The notes under the pieces were generated by a model. That model saw only the letters and a list, made by a program, of their open reading frames with translations, made no database searches and had not been told where the DNA came from. Below are positions 39,295 through 49,939 of a stretch of DNA of 64,000 nt, piece after piece; positions within the stretch are counted from its first letter, which is position 1, and each line of letters begins with the position of its first letter. The stretch lies in the NCBI GenBank assembly GCA_965216755.1, contig CBDCGL010000011.1, positions 3,360,001 to 3,424,000 of the forward strand, in the 5' to 3' direction. Origin of the DNA: Alphaproteobacteria bacterium (lineage in GTDB: Bacteria > Pseudomonadota > Alphaproteobacteria > UBA7887). The position numbers and the translations under genes are program-made.

Positions 39295-40187
39295 GCAGCA
39301 CAGGCGACGCGCGCGGTCGCGCGATCGGCCTTTTTTTGTTTGCGTTGTTTCTGATCGCGGCGATGGAGGCGGCGGCCAAGGCCCTCAGTGCCAGCTTTCC
39401 GGTCTTGCAGATTGTTTGGGCGCGTTATGTCTTCCATCTGCTATTTATCCTGCCACTGATTGCCCACCATGGCATCGCGCGGACGTTGCGCACGAGGCAT
39501 CCGGTTGGGCAAATCACGCGATCATTCTTTCTGCTTGGCATGACCGGCCTCCTTTTCTACGCCATCCGCAAGGTGCCCCTGGCCGACGCCACGTCGATAC
39601 TTTTCCTCGCACCGTTGATGGTGACGGCCCTATCGGCGGTATGGCTGCAAGAACATGTCGGACCGCGACGCTGGGTCGCGGTGGCGATCGGATTTGTCGG
39701 TGCCATGATCATATTGCGGCCGGGCGCCTCGGTGTTTTCCGTTGGCGCCGTACCGCTGCTGGGGGCCGCCGTTTGTCTTGCCATGTACCAAGTGCTGACC
39801 CGGGTGGTGAGCCAAATTGATCCCCCGATGACCACGCTCACCTATACCGGCGGGATTGGTATTTTGCTGTCGTCGTTCGCCCTGCCCTTTGGTTGGCAAA
39901 CGCCAGATTTGTATGGTTGGTTGGCGCTGGCGGGTGTCGGCGCGTTGGGCGCCGCCGGCCAGTACGCCTTCATTCGCGTTTACGAACGGGTGCCGGCGTC
40001 GGCGCTGGCGCCGTTCGGCTATATTCATCTGTTGTGGGCGACCGGTTTCGGGTTTTTGCTGTTTGGCAACTTGCCGGATCGGTGGACCGTGTTGGGCGCG
40101 GCGGTTATCAGTGGAAGCGGCCTGTATGTTTATCACCGCGAATCGGTCTCGCGACGTCGGCAAACGGCGGTTGAGGCCGACGGTTAA
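39291..40187 (+). CDS. DMT/EamA family transporter
   Basis: About 10 TM helices, LQEHVGPRRW, GFVGAMIILRPG, LAPFGY. Confidence 0.9.
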   Translation: MSSTGDARGRAIGLFLFALFLIAAMEAAAKALSASFPVLQIVWARYVFHLLFILPLIAHHGIARTLRTRHPVGQITRSFFLLGMTGLLFYAIRKVPLADATSILFLAPLMVTALSAVWLQEHVGPRRWVAVAIGFVGAMIILRPGASVFSVGAVPLLGAAVCLAMYQVLTRVVSQIDPPMTTLTYTGGIGILLSSFALPFGWQTPDLYGWLALAGVGALGAAGQYAFIRVYERVPASALAPFGYIHLLWATGFGFLLFGNLPDRWTVLGAAVISGSGLYVYHRESVSRRRQTAVEADG

Positions 40188-41631
40188 ACGGAAGATCGCC
40201 ATCGTCGGCTGTGTGCTGTTCGGTTGGGTGGCGTCGACCGCCGCCGACGATCACGTCACCGTACATATTGGCGTGACCCTGTTTGACGGCACTGGCGCGC
40301 CGCCGCTAGGCGACGCGGCGGTGGTCGTTCGGGACGATCGCATTGCCGCCGTCGGCCGGCGGCAAGACCAATCCGTGCCGTCCGAGGCGCGCGTGATCGA
40401 CCATTCGGGACGCTGGATGATTCCCGGTCTCATCGACGCGCACGTTCATCTCACCCACTCGGCCAGCCTTTACACCCAACCGGGTGGCCTCGACCTGCGC
40501 GCCTATCGCGCCATCGCCGATGAGCGCGCGCGCACCCGCGCGACCTTGCACGATACCTTTGCGCGCTATGTGGCAAGCGGGATCACCGGCGTCGTCGATC
40601 GCGGTGGCGCCTGGTGGAGTCTGGACAATCGCGACTTGGCCGGGCAGCTCCGTCCACAACATCCGGCGCCGCGCGTCGTCGTCGCCGGCCCCATGCTTGC
40701 TACGTACCAGCCGACAAACTTTGCTGGCGATGAACCGTCGGCTTGGCACGTCGAAACCGCCGCGCAAGCGCGGGCGGCAGTCGCCGCTTTGGCGGCGCGC
40801 GGGGTTGATATGGTCAAGGTGCATTTTCTGCCCACCGGCCCTCTCGCCGACGCCATGGCATGGTTCGAGGCGGCCGTTGATGCCGCGCGCAAGGCCGGCC
40901 TGCGCGTCGTTGTCCACGCCACGGACGCGGCGCTGGCGCGCGCCGTTGTCGAGGCCGGCGCCGACGGCTTGGTGCACAGTATCGACGATCGCGCTGTGTC
41001 AGCGACGGAAGCAACTTTGTTGGCAGCACGGGGCACGGTCTATACGACGACCTTGTTGGTCCATGAAGGTTATCGGGAAGTTTTTCGCGACGGCGTGCGC
41101 TTCAGCGCCATGGAGAAGCGCCTTGGCGATCCAGATGCCATTGATAGCCTCGACGACTTGGCGTCCATTCCCAGGCGCGCTTTGCCCGCCTGGCTTGGCC
41201 AACTGCGTTATGGCCGCGGTGGACGGCTCGCGACGCGCGCGCGTTTGCCTTATTACCTGGCCCGCGATACCGCTCACGTCATGGCCGAGAATTTGCGCCT
41301 ATTGGTGGCGGCGGGTGTCATCATTGCCGCCGGCACGGATGCCGGCACGGTCGGCAATTTGCATGGCCCGTCATTGCATCGCGAGCTGGCGTTGATGGTC
41401 GATGCCGGTTTGACACCGGCGCGCGTCCTGGTGGCCGCGACCCAGGGGGGTGCCGCGGCGATGGGCCGCAGCGGTGATTTGGGCACGATCACGGTTGGGA
41501 AGCTTGCCGATATGGTGGTGTTGAACGCGGATCCGCTCGCCGATATCGCCCATGCCGGCGATATCCACCGGGTCATCATTGGCGGCCACAGTTACGATCC
41601 CGCCGCGATTGCCAAACATTTGGCACACTAA
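40171..41631 (+). CDS. Metal-dependent amidohydrolase with signal peptide
   Basis: [35 protein letters not shown]; signal-like N-terminus; start uncertain. Confidence 0.85.
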   Translation: MRPTVKRKIAIVGCVLFGWVASTAADDHVTVHIGVTLFDGTGAPPLGDAAVVVRDDRIAAVGRRQDQSVPSEARVIDHSGRWMIPGLIDAHVHLTHSASLYTQPGGLDLRAYRAIADERARTRATLHDTFARYVASGITGVVDRGGAWWSLDNRDLAGQLRPQHPAPRVVVAGPMLATYQPTNFAGDEPSAWHVETAAQARAAVAALAARGVDMVKVHFLPTGPLADAMAWFEAAVDAARKAGLRVVVHATDAALARAVVEAGADGLVHSIDDRAVSATEATLLAARGTVYTTTLLVHEGYREVFRDGVRFSAMEKRLGDPDAIDSLDDLASIPRRALPAWLGQLRYGRGGRLATRARLPYYLARDTAHVMAENLRLLVAAGVIIAAGTDAGTVGNLHGPSLHRELALMVDAGLTPARVLVAATQGGAAAMGRSGDLGTITVGKLADMVVLNADPLADIAHAGDIHRVIIGGHSYDPAAIAKHLAH

Positions 41632-42383
41632 TCGTCGTGGCGCCCGTCATAGTCGACGGCGGCGAGATAGAGCCCGTGCGCGGGGGCGGCGGGACCAGCC
41701 TGGGTGCGGTCGCGGGCGGCAAGGACTTCGGCGATGGCCTCAACCGGCCACTTGCCCTCGCCAACCAATGCCAGACTGCCGACCATATTGCGCACTTGAT
41801 GATGCAGAAATGATCGGGCGCTGGTGGCGATGGTGATGGTCGTGCCGTCGCACCACACGTCAAGGCGGTCGAGGGTCTTGACCGGCGACTTGGCCTGACA
41901 TTCGGCGGCGCGAAAACTGGTAAAATCGTGACGGCCGCACAGGCTTTGTGCCGCACTGTGCATGGCTATTTCGTCGAGCGGCCGCGCCAGCCACCACGCG
42001 CGCTTGCGGCGCAGCGCCAACGGCGCGCGGCGATTGACGATGTCATAACGGTAGTGGCGGCGCGTCGCGGAAAAGCGGGCATGAAAGTCGTCGCCGACCA
42101 TTTCGGCGGCCAGCACGACGATGGCGCGCGGCCGCACATGCGCGTTGATCGCATCGCGCACTGTTTTCGGGTCGTGAGTCTTGCTCAAATCGACATGGGC
42201 GACTTGGCCCTCGGCGTGGACACCGGCGTCGGTGCGGCCGGCGGCGACGATGGTTGCCGTGTCACCACAAAACGCCGTGACAGCTTGTTCCAAGGCGCCC
42301 TGGACCGATGGGCCGCTGGTCTGACGCTGCCAGCCGACCAACCCGGTGCCGTCATATTCCAGGGTCAGCTTGTAACGCGGCAT
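41628..42383 (-). CDS. truA: tRNA pseudouridine(38-40) synthase
   Basis: [33 protein letters not shown]. Confidence 0.96.
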   Translation of the reverse strand: MPRYKLTLEYDGTGLVGWQRQTSGPSVQGALEQAVTAFCGDTATIVAAGRTDAGVHAEGQVAHVDLSKTHDPKTVRDAINAHVRPRAIVVLAAEMVGDDFHARFSATRRHYRYDIVNRRAPLALRRKRAWWLARPLDEIAMHSAAQSLCGRHDFTSFRAAECQAKSPVKTLDRLDVWCDGTTITIATSARSFLHHQVRNMVGSLALVGEGKWPVEAIAEVLAARDRTQAGPAAPAHGLYLAAVDYDGRHDD

Positions 42384-42405
42384 GGGGCTTGTTCGCGCCG
42401 CGATT

Positions 42406-42876
42406 CTAAGCCGGCGTCTTGGCGCCCGGGCGAAACGTATCGCGGTCGGCAATCAGCACGATAACCTCCTTACCGCAGGCTTCCAGCGCTTCGGCAAGTT
42501 GATTGATCTGCTCCTTGCGCGCCGCGTCACGGAGCCGGCGCACATCCTTTTTGCGTAGGCCGAGCATGCGTGCTAAGGCGCCATTGTCGATATCGCCCGC
42601 CTCCATGGCTTGATTGAGCGCCGCCTTGGCCGCGATCGTGATGTCCAGCGGCACCAGGACCTCGTGTGGGCGGCGCGGCGACGCGCGCGGCAAATCGCGG
42701 CTGCGCCTGAGCCATGCCATCGCGGCAAGGCGGATGGCGTCCTTGGCAGCTTCAAAGGCATCTTCCCAATCAGCGCCCCGGGTGGTGACATCGGGGAAAT
42801 CACGAAACGTTACCCGGGTCTTGCCATTGGCGCCGGGTTCCGACTCAAAAATGGCGGGATACAAGAAACTATCCAT
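42406..42876 (-). CDS. HicB-family antitoxin-like protein with C-terminal HTH (no adjacent toxin)
   Basis: YPAIF...[13 protein letters not shown]...A.DA....LP..S N-domain plus ALARMLG...VRRL...[13 protein letters not shown]. Confidence 0.78.
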   Translation of the reverse strand: MDSFLYPAIFESEPGANGKTRVTFRDFPDVTTRGADWEDAFEAAKDAIRLAAMAWLRRSRDLPRASPRRPHEVLVPLDITIAAKAALNQAMEAGDIDNGALARMLGLRKKDVRRLRDAARKEQINQLAEALEACGKEVIVLIADRDTFRPGAKTPA

Positions 42877-42883
42877 GGGGTTC

Positions 42884-43819
42884 CTAAGGGTTGGATACGG
42901 CAAGCTGCAGGCCTGCCTCCAGGGGGTGGCCGCGCAACACTTCGGCGGCGTCCATAACCCGCTTGCCGGGGCGTTGGATGCGGGTCAGGCGCAAAGCACC
43001 TTGGCCACATGCGATTGTCAGTTGATCGTCGACCAAGGTGCCCGGCATGGCATCGCGCGCGGGGGATGCCGTCGGCATGGCCATCAGCACTTTCCAGCGA
43101 TCGTTACCGACACGAAACCACGCTCCGGGATGGGGGCTCAGCGCGCGGATCTGGCGCGCCAAGCTTTCGGCGTCTTGGCGCCAGTCTAACGGCTCGTCTT
43201 CACGGGTCAGTTTGCGGGCATATGTGGCGCCCGCGTCCGGCTGCGGGGTGGCGTCTAAGTCGTTGGCTGCCAGGCGATCGAGGGCCGTAACGATCAGCTC
43301 GGCGCCGACGGTGCGCAGCCGATCGTGGAGCGTACCTGCGGTGTCGTGCGTGCGAATCGGCAGCGCCGCACGAAGCAACATCGGGCCGGTATCCAGGCCT
43401 TCATCCATGCGCATGATCGTAATGCCGGTTTCCGCATCGCCGGCCATGATCGCCCGTTGGATCGGCGCCGCGCCGCGCCAGCGCGGCAACAACGAGGCAT
43501 GGATATTGATGCAGCCAAGCCGGGGTGCGTCGAGCACAGGTTTGGGCAGGATCAAACCATACGCGGCCACCACGGCGATATCGGCCCGCAAGTCGGCAAA
43601 CGCCGCCTGGGCGTCTGAATCACGCAAACTCTTCGGCGTGGCGACGGTCAAGCGGTGTGCGGCGGCCGCGTTGTGGACAGGGCTGCAACGACGTTGCTTT
43701 CCCCGACCGGCCGGGCGCGGCGGCTGCGTGTAGACGCAAACCAGTTCCTGGCCGGCGTCGCACAAAGCGTCGAGCGCCGGTACGGCAAACTCCGGCGTGC
43801 CCATAAATATGACACGCAT
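42884..43819 (-). CDS. fmt: Methionyl-tRNA formyltransferase
   Basis: [39 protein letters not shown]. Confidence 0.97.
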   Translation of the reverse strand: MRVIFMGTPEFAVPALDALCDAGQELVCVYTQPPRPAGRGKQRRCSPVHNAAAAHRLTVATPKSLRDSDAQAAFADLRADIAVVAAYGLILPKPVLDAPRLGCINIHASLLPRWRGAAPIQRAIMAGDAETGITIMRMDEGLDTGPMLLRAALPIRTHDTAGTLHDRLRTVGAELIVTALDRLAANDLDATPQPDAGATYARKLTREDEPLDWRQDAESLARQIRALSPHPGAWFRVGNDRWKVLMAMPTASPARDAMPGTLVDDQLTIACGQGALRLTRIQRPGKRVMDAAEVLRGHPLEAGLQLAVSNP

Positions 43820-43825
43820 GGCGGG

Positions 43826-44371
43826 TTACAGAACGGGTGCATTGGCGGGCGTTTTCGGCGCCGGCGCCTGTTTCTTGCCCTTGGCCAGGCGACGCAAGAT
43901 CATGTCCCGCTTGAGCCGCGAGATATGGTCGACAAACAGGCGGCCATCCAAATGGTCGATTTCGTGTTGCACGCAAGTGGCCAGCAGGCCGTCGGCCTCA
44001 ATTTCCCGCGCGGTGCCATGTTGGTCCATATAGCGCACCCGTACCACCGCCGGCCGTTCGACATCGGCGAATTGTTCAGGCAGCGAAAGGCAGCCCTCTT
44101 CGTGCACGGACATCTCGTCGCTTGTCCACAGCACTTCCGGATTGGCCATCTGATATGGATTTGGGGGGCCGTCCTTTGGCGCGCAGTCGACCACAATGAC
44201 GCGCTGGGCAATGCCGACCTGCGGCGCCGCCAATCCGACACCCGGCGCCGCGTACATGGTTTCCAGCATATCGGCCATTAACTGACGCACGCCGCCATCG
44301 ACGGCCGGCACCGGCGCGGCGGTGATTTTCAGGCGTGGATCCGGCGCGGTGATGATCGGCAGTTTGGCCAT
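43826..44371 (-). CDS. def: Peptide deformylase
   Basis: GVGLAAPQVG, EGCLS, QHEIDHLDG. Confidence 0.97.
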   Translation of the reverse strand: MAKLPIITAPDPRLKITAAPVPAVDGGVRQLMADMLETMYAAPGVGLAAPQVGIAQRVIVVDCAPKDGPPNPYQMANPEVLWTSDEMSVHEEGCLSLPEQFADVERPAVVRVRYMDQHGTAREIEADGLLATCVQHEIDHLDGRLFVDHISRLKRDMILRRLAKGKKQAPAPKTPANAPVL

Positions 44372-44577
44372 GGATACGCGGATACTCTCCTTTTGATTCA
44401 GAGGCTTTCAGAGGTATGGCGCCCGGACGCATTCGTCAAGTGTTGGCCGATGGGGCCAGCTATCGCACGATGGCTCGATGGGCGCGCGTCAACGCCCCTT
44501 TTTGCAAGGTTACGCGCTTGTTATCGATCGGCGAATCGAACGCCAAACGATTCCGTTTAACGCCCGCTTGATCTAAA

Positions 44578-45738
44578 GTGCGGGCCATGCCTGAGCTTGA
44601 TCCCAACCACATCATCATTGGCCTGGCCGGCGCGGCCGCCGTGCTGATCATGCTGACAATTGTCGTCGCCTGGAATAGTCGTGCCCACGGGCAGCGCTTG
44701 GCCGCCCAACTCCACGACACCAGCGCCCGGTTGGCCGCCGCCCAGGCGGAAATCCATGGACGTTTGGGGCAAATGGCCGAACAACAGGCGGCGCAAAGCC
44801 ATGCCCTGGGCCGCACATTGGAAGACCGGCTGGGGTTTGTGTCGCGCCGCGTCGGCGATTCGCTGCGCGAGCAATCGGATCGCAGTCAGGCCACGTTGGA
44901 CACCTTGCGCGAACGGTTGGCGGTGATCGATTCGGCGCAAAAGAACATCACCACCCTGTCGTCCCAGGTGGTCGGCTTACAGGACATTTTGTCGAATAAG
45001 CAGGCGCGCGGGGCTTTCGGCGAAGTGCAATTGGAAGACATCGTGCGCAGCGCCCTGCCGCCATCGGCTTACCGCTTTCAGGCCACCGTGGGCGACGGCC
45101 GGCGCGCCGATTGTCTGCTGACTTTGCCCGATCCGCCGGGGTTGATTGCGCTCGACGCCAAATTTCCGCTCGAGAGTTATCGGGCTTTACGAGCGGCGGA
45201 CACGCCGGCACAACGAACGGCGGCGCGGCGCGGTTTCGCCGCCGACGTGCTGAAACATGTCAACGATATTGCCCAGCGCTACATTGTTGCCGGCGAGACC
45301 GCCGATTCGGCGTTGATGTTCTTGCCCTCTGAAGCGGTGTATGCGGAACTCCACGCCAATTTCGGCGATGTGGTCGAGCGCAGCTACCGGGCCAAGGTTT
45401 GGATCGTGTCGCCGACCACGTTGATGGCGACGCTGAACACGGTCCGGGCGGTGATGCGCGATGTGCATATTCATCAGCAAGCGGGCGCCATACATCGCGA
45501 AATACAAAAGATGATCGATGACGTCGGCCGGCTGGATGATCGCGTCGCCAAGCTGCAAAGCCATTTCGCGCAGGCCGCCGACGACATCGACAAGGTGCGC
45601 ATTTCCACCGACAAGGTGGGCCGGCGCGCGGCGCGCATTATCGACGTCGAGTTGGCCGATGCCTTGGCCGAACCGGCTGCGGACACCCAGCTCTCGCCAC
45701 CCACACCGATGCTGACCAAGGCTGCCGAAGGCGCGTGA
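44578..45738 (+). CDS. rmuC: DNA recombination protein RmuC
   Basis: N-terminal TM, coiled coil, RGAFGE, DAKFP, MFLPSEAVY, SPTTLMA. Confidence 0.93.
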   Translation: MRAMPELDPNHIIIGLAGAAAVLIMLTIVVAWNSRAHGQRLAAQLHDTSARLAAAQAEIHGRLGQMAEQQAAQSHALGRTLEDRLGFVSRRVGDSLREQSDRSQATLDTLRERLAVIDSAQKNITTLSSQVVGLQDILSNKQARGAFGEVQLEDIVRSALPPSAYRFQATVGDGRRADCLLTLPDPPGLIALDAKFPLESYRALRAADTPAQRTAARRGFAADVLKHVNDIAQRYIVAGETADSALMFLPSEAVYAELHANFGDVVERSYRAKVWIVSPTTLMATLNTVRAVMRDVHIHQQAGAIHREIQKMIDDVGRLDDRVAKLQSHFAQAADDIDKVRISTDKVGRRAARIIDVELADALAEPAADTQLSPPTPMLTKAAEGA

Positions 45739-46095
45739 TCGTGCCGGCATGGCGTGGTCTTTGACCACAACGCCGCGCTACCCTTGAGCCACGAAACGAA
45801 TCGGCCCCGGCGGCTTCGCATGAACAGGCGACGCATATTGATTGACACTGTGTTCGGCTTTATAGTGTGCGAGTTTCTTGTTAACTATTCGATTTCTGTG
45901 AAGACTGGTGCGGTGACCGTCATTTTCGATGTCGTGGACAACACGTTGTTTGTTTGGTTGGTCGCAGAGTAGCAGTCTGTTTTCCGTCATATCCTTTTGA
46001 GGATATTGGAGTTTGGCCGATTTTCGATTTGATGCTCCATGCCAGGTTGGGTCGGTCCAGACGGCACCATCGTGCGCCCCAACAAAGGCAATGAG

Positions 46096-46872
46096 ATGAT
46101 TGGAAAGACACTCGACGCATTTGCCAGCGCGCCTAACTTCCGGGGCAAGGCGCGAGTCTTTAGGTTGCTAAGCGGCTGCCTCCGATATCGTAGCGTCCAA
46201 TCTCACTATGGGCCGCGGCTTGCCAGAATGGCTGGAGATTCGGCACATGCATATTGTGCCACCGGCGCTTATGGCGAATTTGTCGCAAAGGCGGTGCGCG
46301 ACTTGGATCACGAATCCCAGTTCATCGATATCGGATCAAATCAGGGATTGTTCGCCCTCGTCGCGGCTGGTCAGCCACTTTACAAGCGCATCATCGCATT
46401 CGAGCCGAATCCTGAGCTATTCGCGATTCTTATACAAAATATCCAATTGAACGGCGCGACCAATGTGGTTCCGATGTGCGCCGGGTTAGGGCCTGAGCGT
46501 GGCATTTCCTTACTAAAAGTTGTTCCCGGGAATTCCGGGCTATCAACCCTGACAGACGCCCCAAATACGGACGCGGGGTCGACGAGCAAGGCGGTGCTCA
46601 TTCTCAGGCCGTGCGAGATTGGGCCCCTGATCGACCCCGATTTGCCGATCACGTGTAAAATAGACGTTGAGGGGTTTGAGTCCGAGGTCATCAGCGGGCT
46701 AAGGGACGCGGATTGGTTCAACCGCGTCACGAGAATAATTACCGAAGTGTCGCTCGCCGTCGGCAGCGAGGACAACCGCGATTCCATATTTGCGCAGCTT
46801 GAGGACGCGGGGTTCACGTTGCAGGACAGGTCAGGCTTCACACGGCACTATGACGCGCTTTTCGTCAGATAG
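46096..46872 (+). CDS. FkbM family methyltransferase (lower GC)
   Basis: IDIGSNQG, AFEPNP, KIDVEGFE; uses AGA/AGG/CTA/ATA codons more than its neighbours. Confidence 0.88.
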   Translation: MIGKTLDAFASAPNFRGKARVFRLLSGCLRYRSVQSHYGPRLARMAGDSAHAYCATGAYGEFVAKAVRDLDHESQFIDIGSNQGLFALVAAGQPLYKRIIAFEPNPELFAILIQNIQLNGATNVVPMCAGLGPERGISLLKVVPGNSGLSTLTDAPNTDAGSTSKAVLILRPCEIGPLIDPDLPITCKIDVEGFESEVISGLRDADWFNRVTRIITEVSLAVGSEDNRDSIFAQLEDAGFTLQDRSGFTRHYDALFVR

Positions 46873-46936
46873 GCGAACGACAAAACCCGCTAGCCGCCTC
46901 ACTTTGAAAGGCCGCGTGTTTTAGTCCACCACGGCT

Positions 46937-47533
46937 TTAGAACGGCCGGCGCGCCTTGAGCGCGGCAGACAAAGTGCCGTCATCCATATAGTCGAGCTCG
47001 CCGCCGATCGGCACGCCGTGGGCGAGCCGCGATATCGCGACGTCGCAGTCGGCCAAGCGGTCGGTCAGGTAATGGGCGGTGGTTTGGCCGTCGACCGTGG
47101 CGCCGGTCGCCAAAATCACTTCGCGCACGTCCGGGGTCCCGGCGCGGGCGACCAGGGGGGCAATATTCAAATCGTCGGGCGAAACGCCGTCCAGCGCAGA
47201 AAGCACGCCGCCAAGCACGTGGTACCGACCGCGAAAAGCGCCCGACCGTTCCAGCGCCCATAGGTCGGACACATCTTCGACGACACACAGCGCAGTCTGA
47301 TCGCGCTCGGGATCGCGACAAATGGCGCAGGGATCAATCGTGTCCAGATTGCCGCATTGGCCGCAGCTATGCACCGTGTCGGCGGCCGCACTCATGGCGG
47401 CCGCCAGGGGTTGCAGCAAAGTTTCGCGCCGTTTCAACAAATGCAGCGCGGCGCGCCGCCCAGATCTTGGTCCCAGCCCGGGCAAACGCGCCAGCAGCTG
47501 AATCAACCGTTCGATTTCGGGGCCGCCGGACAT
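46937..47533 (-). CDS. recR: Recombination protein RecR
   Basis: LPGLGPRS, C4 zinc finger, VVED, Toprim, [12 protein letters not shown]. Confidence 0.96.
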   Translation of the reverse strand: MSGGPEIERLIQLLARLPGLGPRSGRRAALHLLKRRETLLQPLAAAMSAAADTVHSCGQCGNLDTIDPCAICRDPERDQTALCVVEDVSDLWALERSGAFRGRYHVLGGVLSALDGVSPDDLNIAPLVARAGTPDVREVILATGATVDGQTTAHYLTDRLADCDVAISRLAHGVPIGGELDYMDDGTLSAALKARRPF

Positions 47534-47558
47534 GCCAAAGCGCGCGCTTTGCGTGACG

Positions 47559-47882
47559 CTAAAACAACTTCATGCCCGGCGGCAGGGGCAGGCCACCGGT
47601 CAGTTTTTGCATTTCATCAGCCATGCCGGTCTCAGCCTTCGCCTTGGCATCGGCACAGGCGGCGACAATCAAATCTTCGAGTACTTCAACTTCGGTGGGA
47701 TCGGCCAAGGAGCGGTCGATCTTGATCCGCTTCAGCTCGCCCTTGCCGTTCATCGTCGCTGCGACCAGGCCGCCGCCGCTGACGCCTTCCACTTCGGCAT
47801 TGGCAAGGCGTTCCTGGACTTCATTCATTTTCGATTGCATTTCTTGGGCTTGCTTCATCAGCTGGCCAAGATTCTTGATCAC
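47559..47882 (-). CDS. ybaB: Nucleoid-associated protein YbaB/EbfC
   Basis: [21 protein letters not shown]; between dnaX and recR. Confidence 0.95.
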   Translation of the reverse strand: MIKNLGQLMKQAQEMQSKMNEVQERLANAEVEGVSGGGLVAATMNGKGELKRIKIDRSLADPTEVEVLEDLIVAACADAKAKAETGMADEMQKLTGGLPLPPGMKLF

Positions 47883-49621
47883 TTCGCGTCTCCTTTGCTG
47901 CTGCGGCTCCGCACCTCGGCGATCTCGGCGCCCGGAAAGGCATCTAACAATTGCCGCACCAAGGGTGTGTCGGCGGCCGCTTGCTTGGCCGCGTCGCGGG
48001 CGGCGGCGTCTTGTTCGGCGAGCGGCTGGTCGCTCGGGCCGTCGGAAATCGCCACCACCCAGCGCTGATCGGTCCAGCGGCTCAGGCAGGCGCCAATCTT
48101 GTTGGCCAAATCAGCCGGGGCCGAGGGCGCTACCGCAACCTCCAAGCGGCCCGGTTCGAAGGCGACCAAACGGACGTCGTTGACCAGATGCGCGACCAAC
48201 ATCATTTCCCGATGCTCAGAAAACAACGCAACGGCTTCGCGGAACGTCGCCGGCATCCGGCCGGCGGCCGCCGCCTGTATTGTGGCCGGCCTTGGTTCCG
48301 GGCCATCGGCCGTCAATGTGTCGCGCCCGCCGGCCATGGCGCGCGCGGCCGGTGGCGGTTGGTCCGATGACGCCTGCGATTGGGGTGCGGGGCCGGCAGC
48401 TTCGTCGGTGAGTTTGCGGACAAGATCGGCCGGCGTCGGCAGGTCGGCCGCATAGGTCAAACGCACGAGCACCATCTCGGCGGCTTCAAGTGGTGTGGGG
48501 GCGGCGTTCACCTCGGCCAGTCCCTTCAGCAGGATCTGCCAGCAGCGAGTCAATTCCGGAACGCTCAGTTGTGCGGCCAAAGCCTGACCGCGCTGGCTTT
48601 CCAATTCCGGCAAGCCCGGCGCCGCCGTCTCGCGCGGCACGATGTTGAGTCGAGTCAGCCAGTGGGTGATGGCCATCAAGTCTTGAAGGATCACCGACGG
48701 ATCGGCGCCGGCGCGATATTGATCGTTCAAATGATCGAGGGCATCACCGATTCGCCCGGCCATCACCGCCTCAAACAGCTCGAACACGCGGGCGCGGTCG
48801 GCGAGACCGAGCATGCCGCGGATGCTGTCATCGTCGATGGCCGCCGTGCCGCTTTGACTGATCGCCTGATCCAACAACGACAAGCCGTCGCGGACCGAGC
48901 CGTCGGCGGCGCGGGCGATCAACGCCAGCGCCTGTGATGAGATCGTCGCGGCTTCCTTTTTTGCGATCGCCTCGAAATGTGCGACGAGGACACCGCTTTC
49001 AACCCGGCGCAGATCGAAGCGTTGGCAGCGCGACAGCACGGTCATCGGAATCTTACGCGGTTCGGTGGTGGCGAACACAAAGATTACGTGTGGCGGCGGT
49101 TCCTCCAGCGTTTTCAACAACGCATTGAAGGCGTTGACACTCAACATGTGGACTTCGTCGATAATGTAGACCTTGAACCGCGCGACCGACGGCAAATAAC
49201 GAACGCCCTCAATCAATTCGCGGATGTCGTCGACACCGGTGCGGCTGGCGGCGTCCATTTCCAGAACATCGACATGGCGGTCCTCGGCGATCGCCGTGCA
49301 GTGGCTGCAGCTACCGCACGGGTCGGGCGTCGGTGCGCTCAGTTCTCCGTTGGCGCCGACACAGTTCAGGGCCCGGGCGATAATCCGCGCGGTCGTCGTC
49401 TTGCCGACGCCGCGCACGCCGGTCAACAGGTAGGCGTGCGCCAAGCGGCCGCTGTCGAACGCGTTGCGCAGGGTGCGGATCAACACATCCTGGCCGATCA
49501 GATCGCCCAGGCGCGTCGGCCGATATTTGCGTGCCAGAACGCGATAGGTTTCCGCGCGTGGCGTCGCCTCTATGTTGCCAACCGGTTGTGCGGCGGAGGG
49601 TAAATCCGAATCTGCGGTCAT
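47879..49621 (-). CDS. dnaX: DNA polymerase III subunit gamma/tau
   Basis: LARKYRP, GVRGVGKTT, IIDEVHML, SRCQRF, GSVRDGLS; start set at ATG 49621, downstream of ffs. Confidence 0.97.
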   Translation of the reverse strand: MTADSDLPSAAQPVGNIEATPRAETYRVLARKYRPTRLGDLIGQDVLIRTLRNAFDSGRLAHAYLLTGVRGVGKTTTARIIARALNCVGANGELSAPTPDPCGSCSHCTAIAEDRHVDVLEMDAASRTGVDDIRELIEGVRYLPSVARFKVYIIDEVHMLSVNAFNALLKTLEEPPPHVIFVFATTEPRKIPMTVLSRCQRFDLRRVESGVLVAHFEAIAKKEAATISSQALALIARAADGSVRDGLSLLDQAISQSGTAAIDDDSIRGMLGLADRARVFELFEAVMAGRIGDALDHLNDQYRAGADPSVILQDLMAITHWLTRLNIVPRETAAPGLPELESQRGQALAAQLSVPELTRCWQILLKGLAEVNAAPTPLEAAEMVLVRLTYAADLPTPADLVRKLTDEAAGPAPQSQASSDQPPPAARAMAGGRDTLTADGPEPRPATIQAAAAGRMPATFREAVALFSEHREMMLVAHLVNDVRLVAFEPGRLEVAVAPSAPADLANKIGACLSRWTDQRWVVAISDGPSDQPLAEQDAAARDAAKQAAADTPLVRQLLDAFPGAEIAEVRSRSSKGDAK

Positions 49622-49711
49622 AAGTGGTTGATCGCCGCTATCCAAATCCCAAATGGCGCGCGGCCGCCGCACGCGCGCGGTCGGCCGGTACAATCTCGCT
49701 TGCTGAAAGCC

Positions 49712-49810
49712 GGTGGGAGACTGGACAACGACCCGGGCCAAAACTCGTTACGGCTGCTTCCTTCCGGACCTGACCGGATTGGCGAGCGGTCCGTCCACCG
49801 CCAGCCTCCC
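49712..49810 (-). ncRNA. ffs: Signal recognition particle RNA (4.5S)
   Basis: Minus strand contains GGTCAGGTCCGGAAGGAAGCAGCC (domain IV), closing stem GGGAGGCTGG/CCAGTCTCCC, upstream of dnaX. Confidence 0.95.
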
Positions 49811-49816
49811 GAACCG

Positions 49817-49825
49817 AGTATACCA
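49817..49825 (-). promoter_or_regulatory. Extended -10 promoter of ffs
   Basis: TGGTATACT 6 nt upstream of the predicted ffs 5' end. Confidence 0.55.
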
Positions 49826-49939
49826 AGTTCCGGGGGCGAATGTTCAACGGTCCGTGTGCCCGGGCCGATTCGGCCGATGATTGCCAGGTAACCGCGCCTA
49901 TGTCAGGGTTAGGCGTCGTGTAAGCCGAATCAAGAAACC

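Noticed and set aside
45778-45990. 70-aa minus-strand ORF in the FkbM islet
   Set aside because: No motif or SD, and it overlaps an equally weak plus-strand ORF
49622-49741. N-terminal extension of dnaX in the ORF track
   Set aside because: It runs into the SRP RNA gene; ATG 49621 fits better
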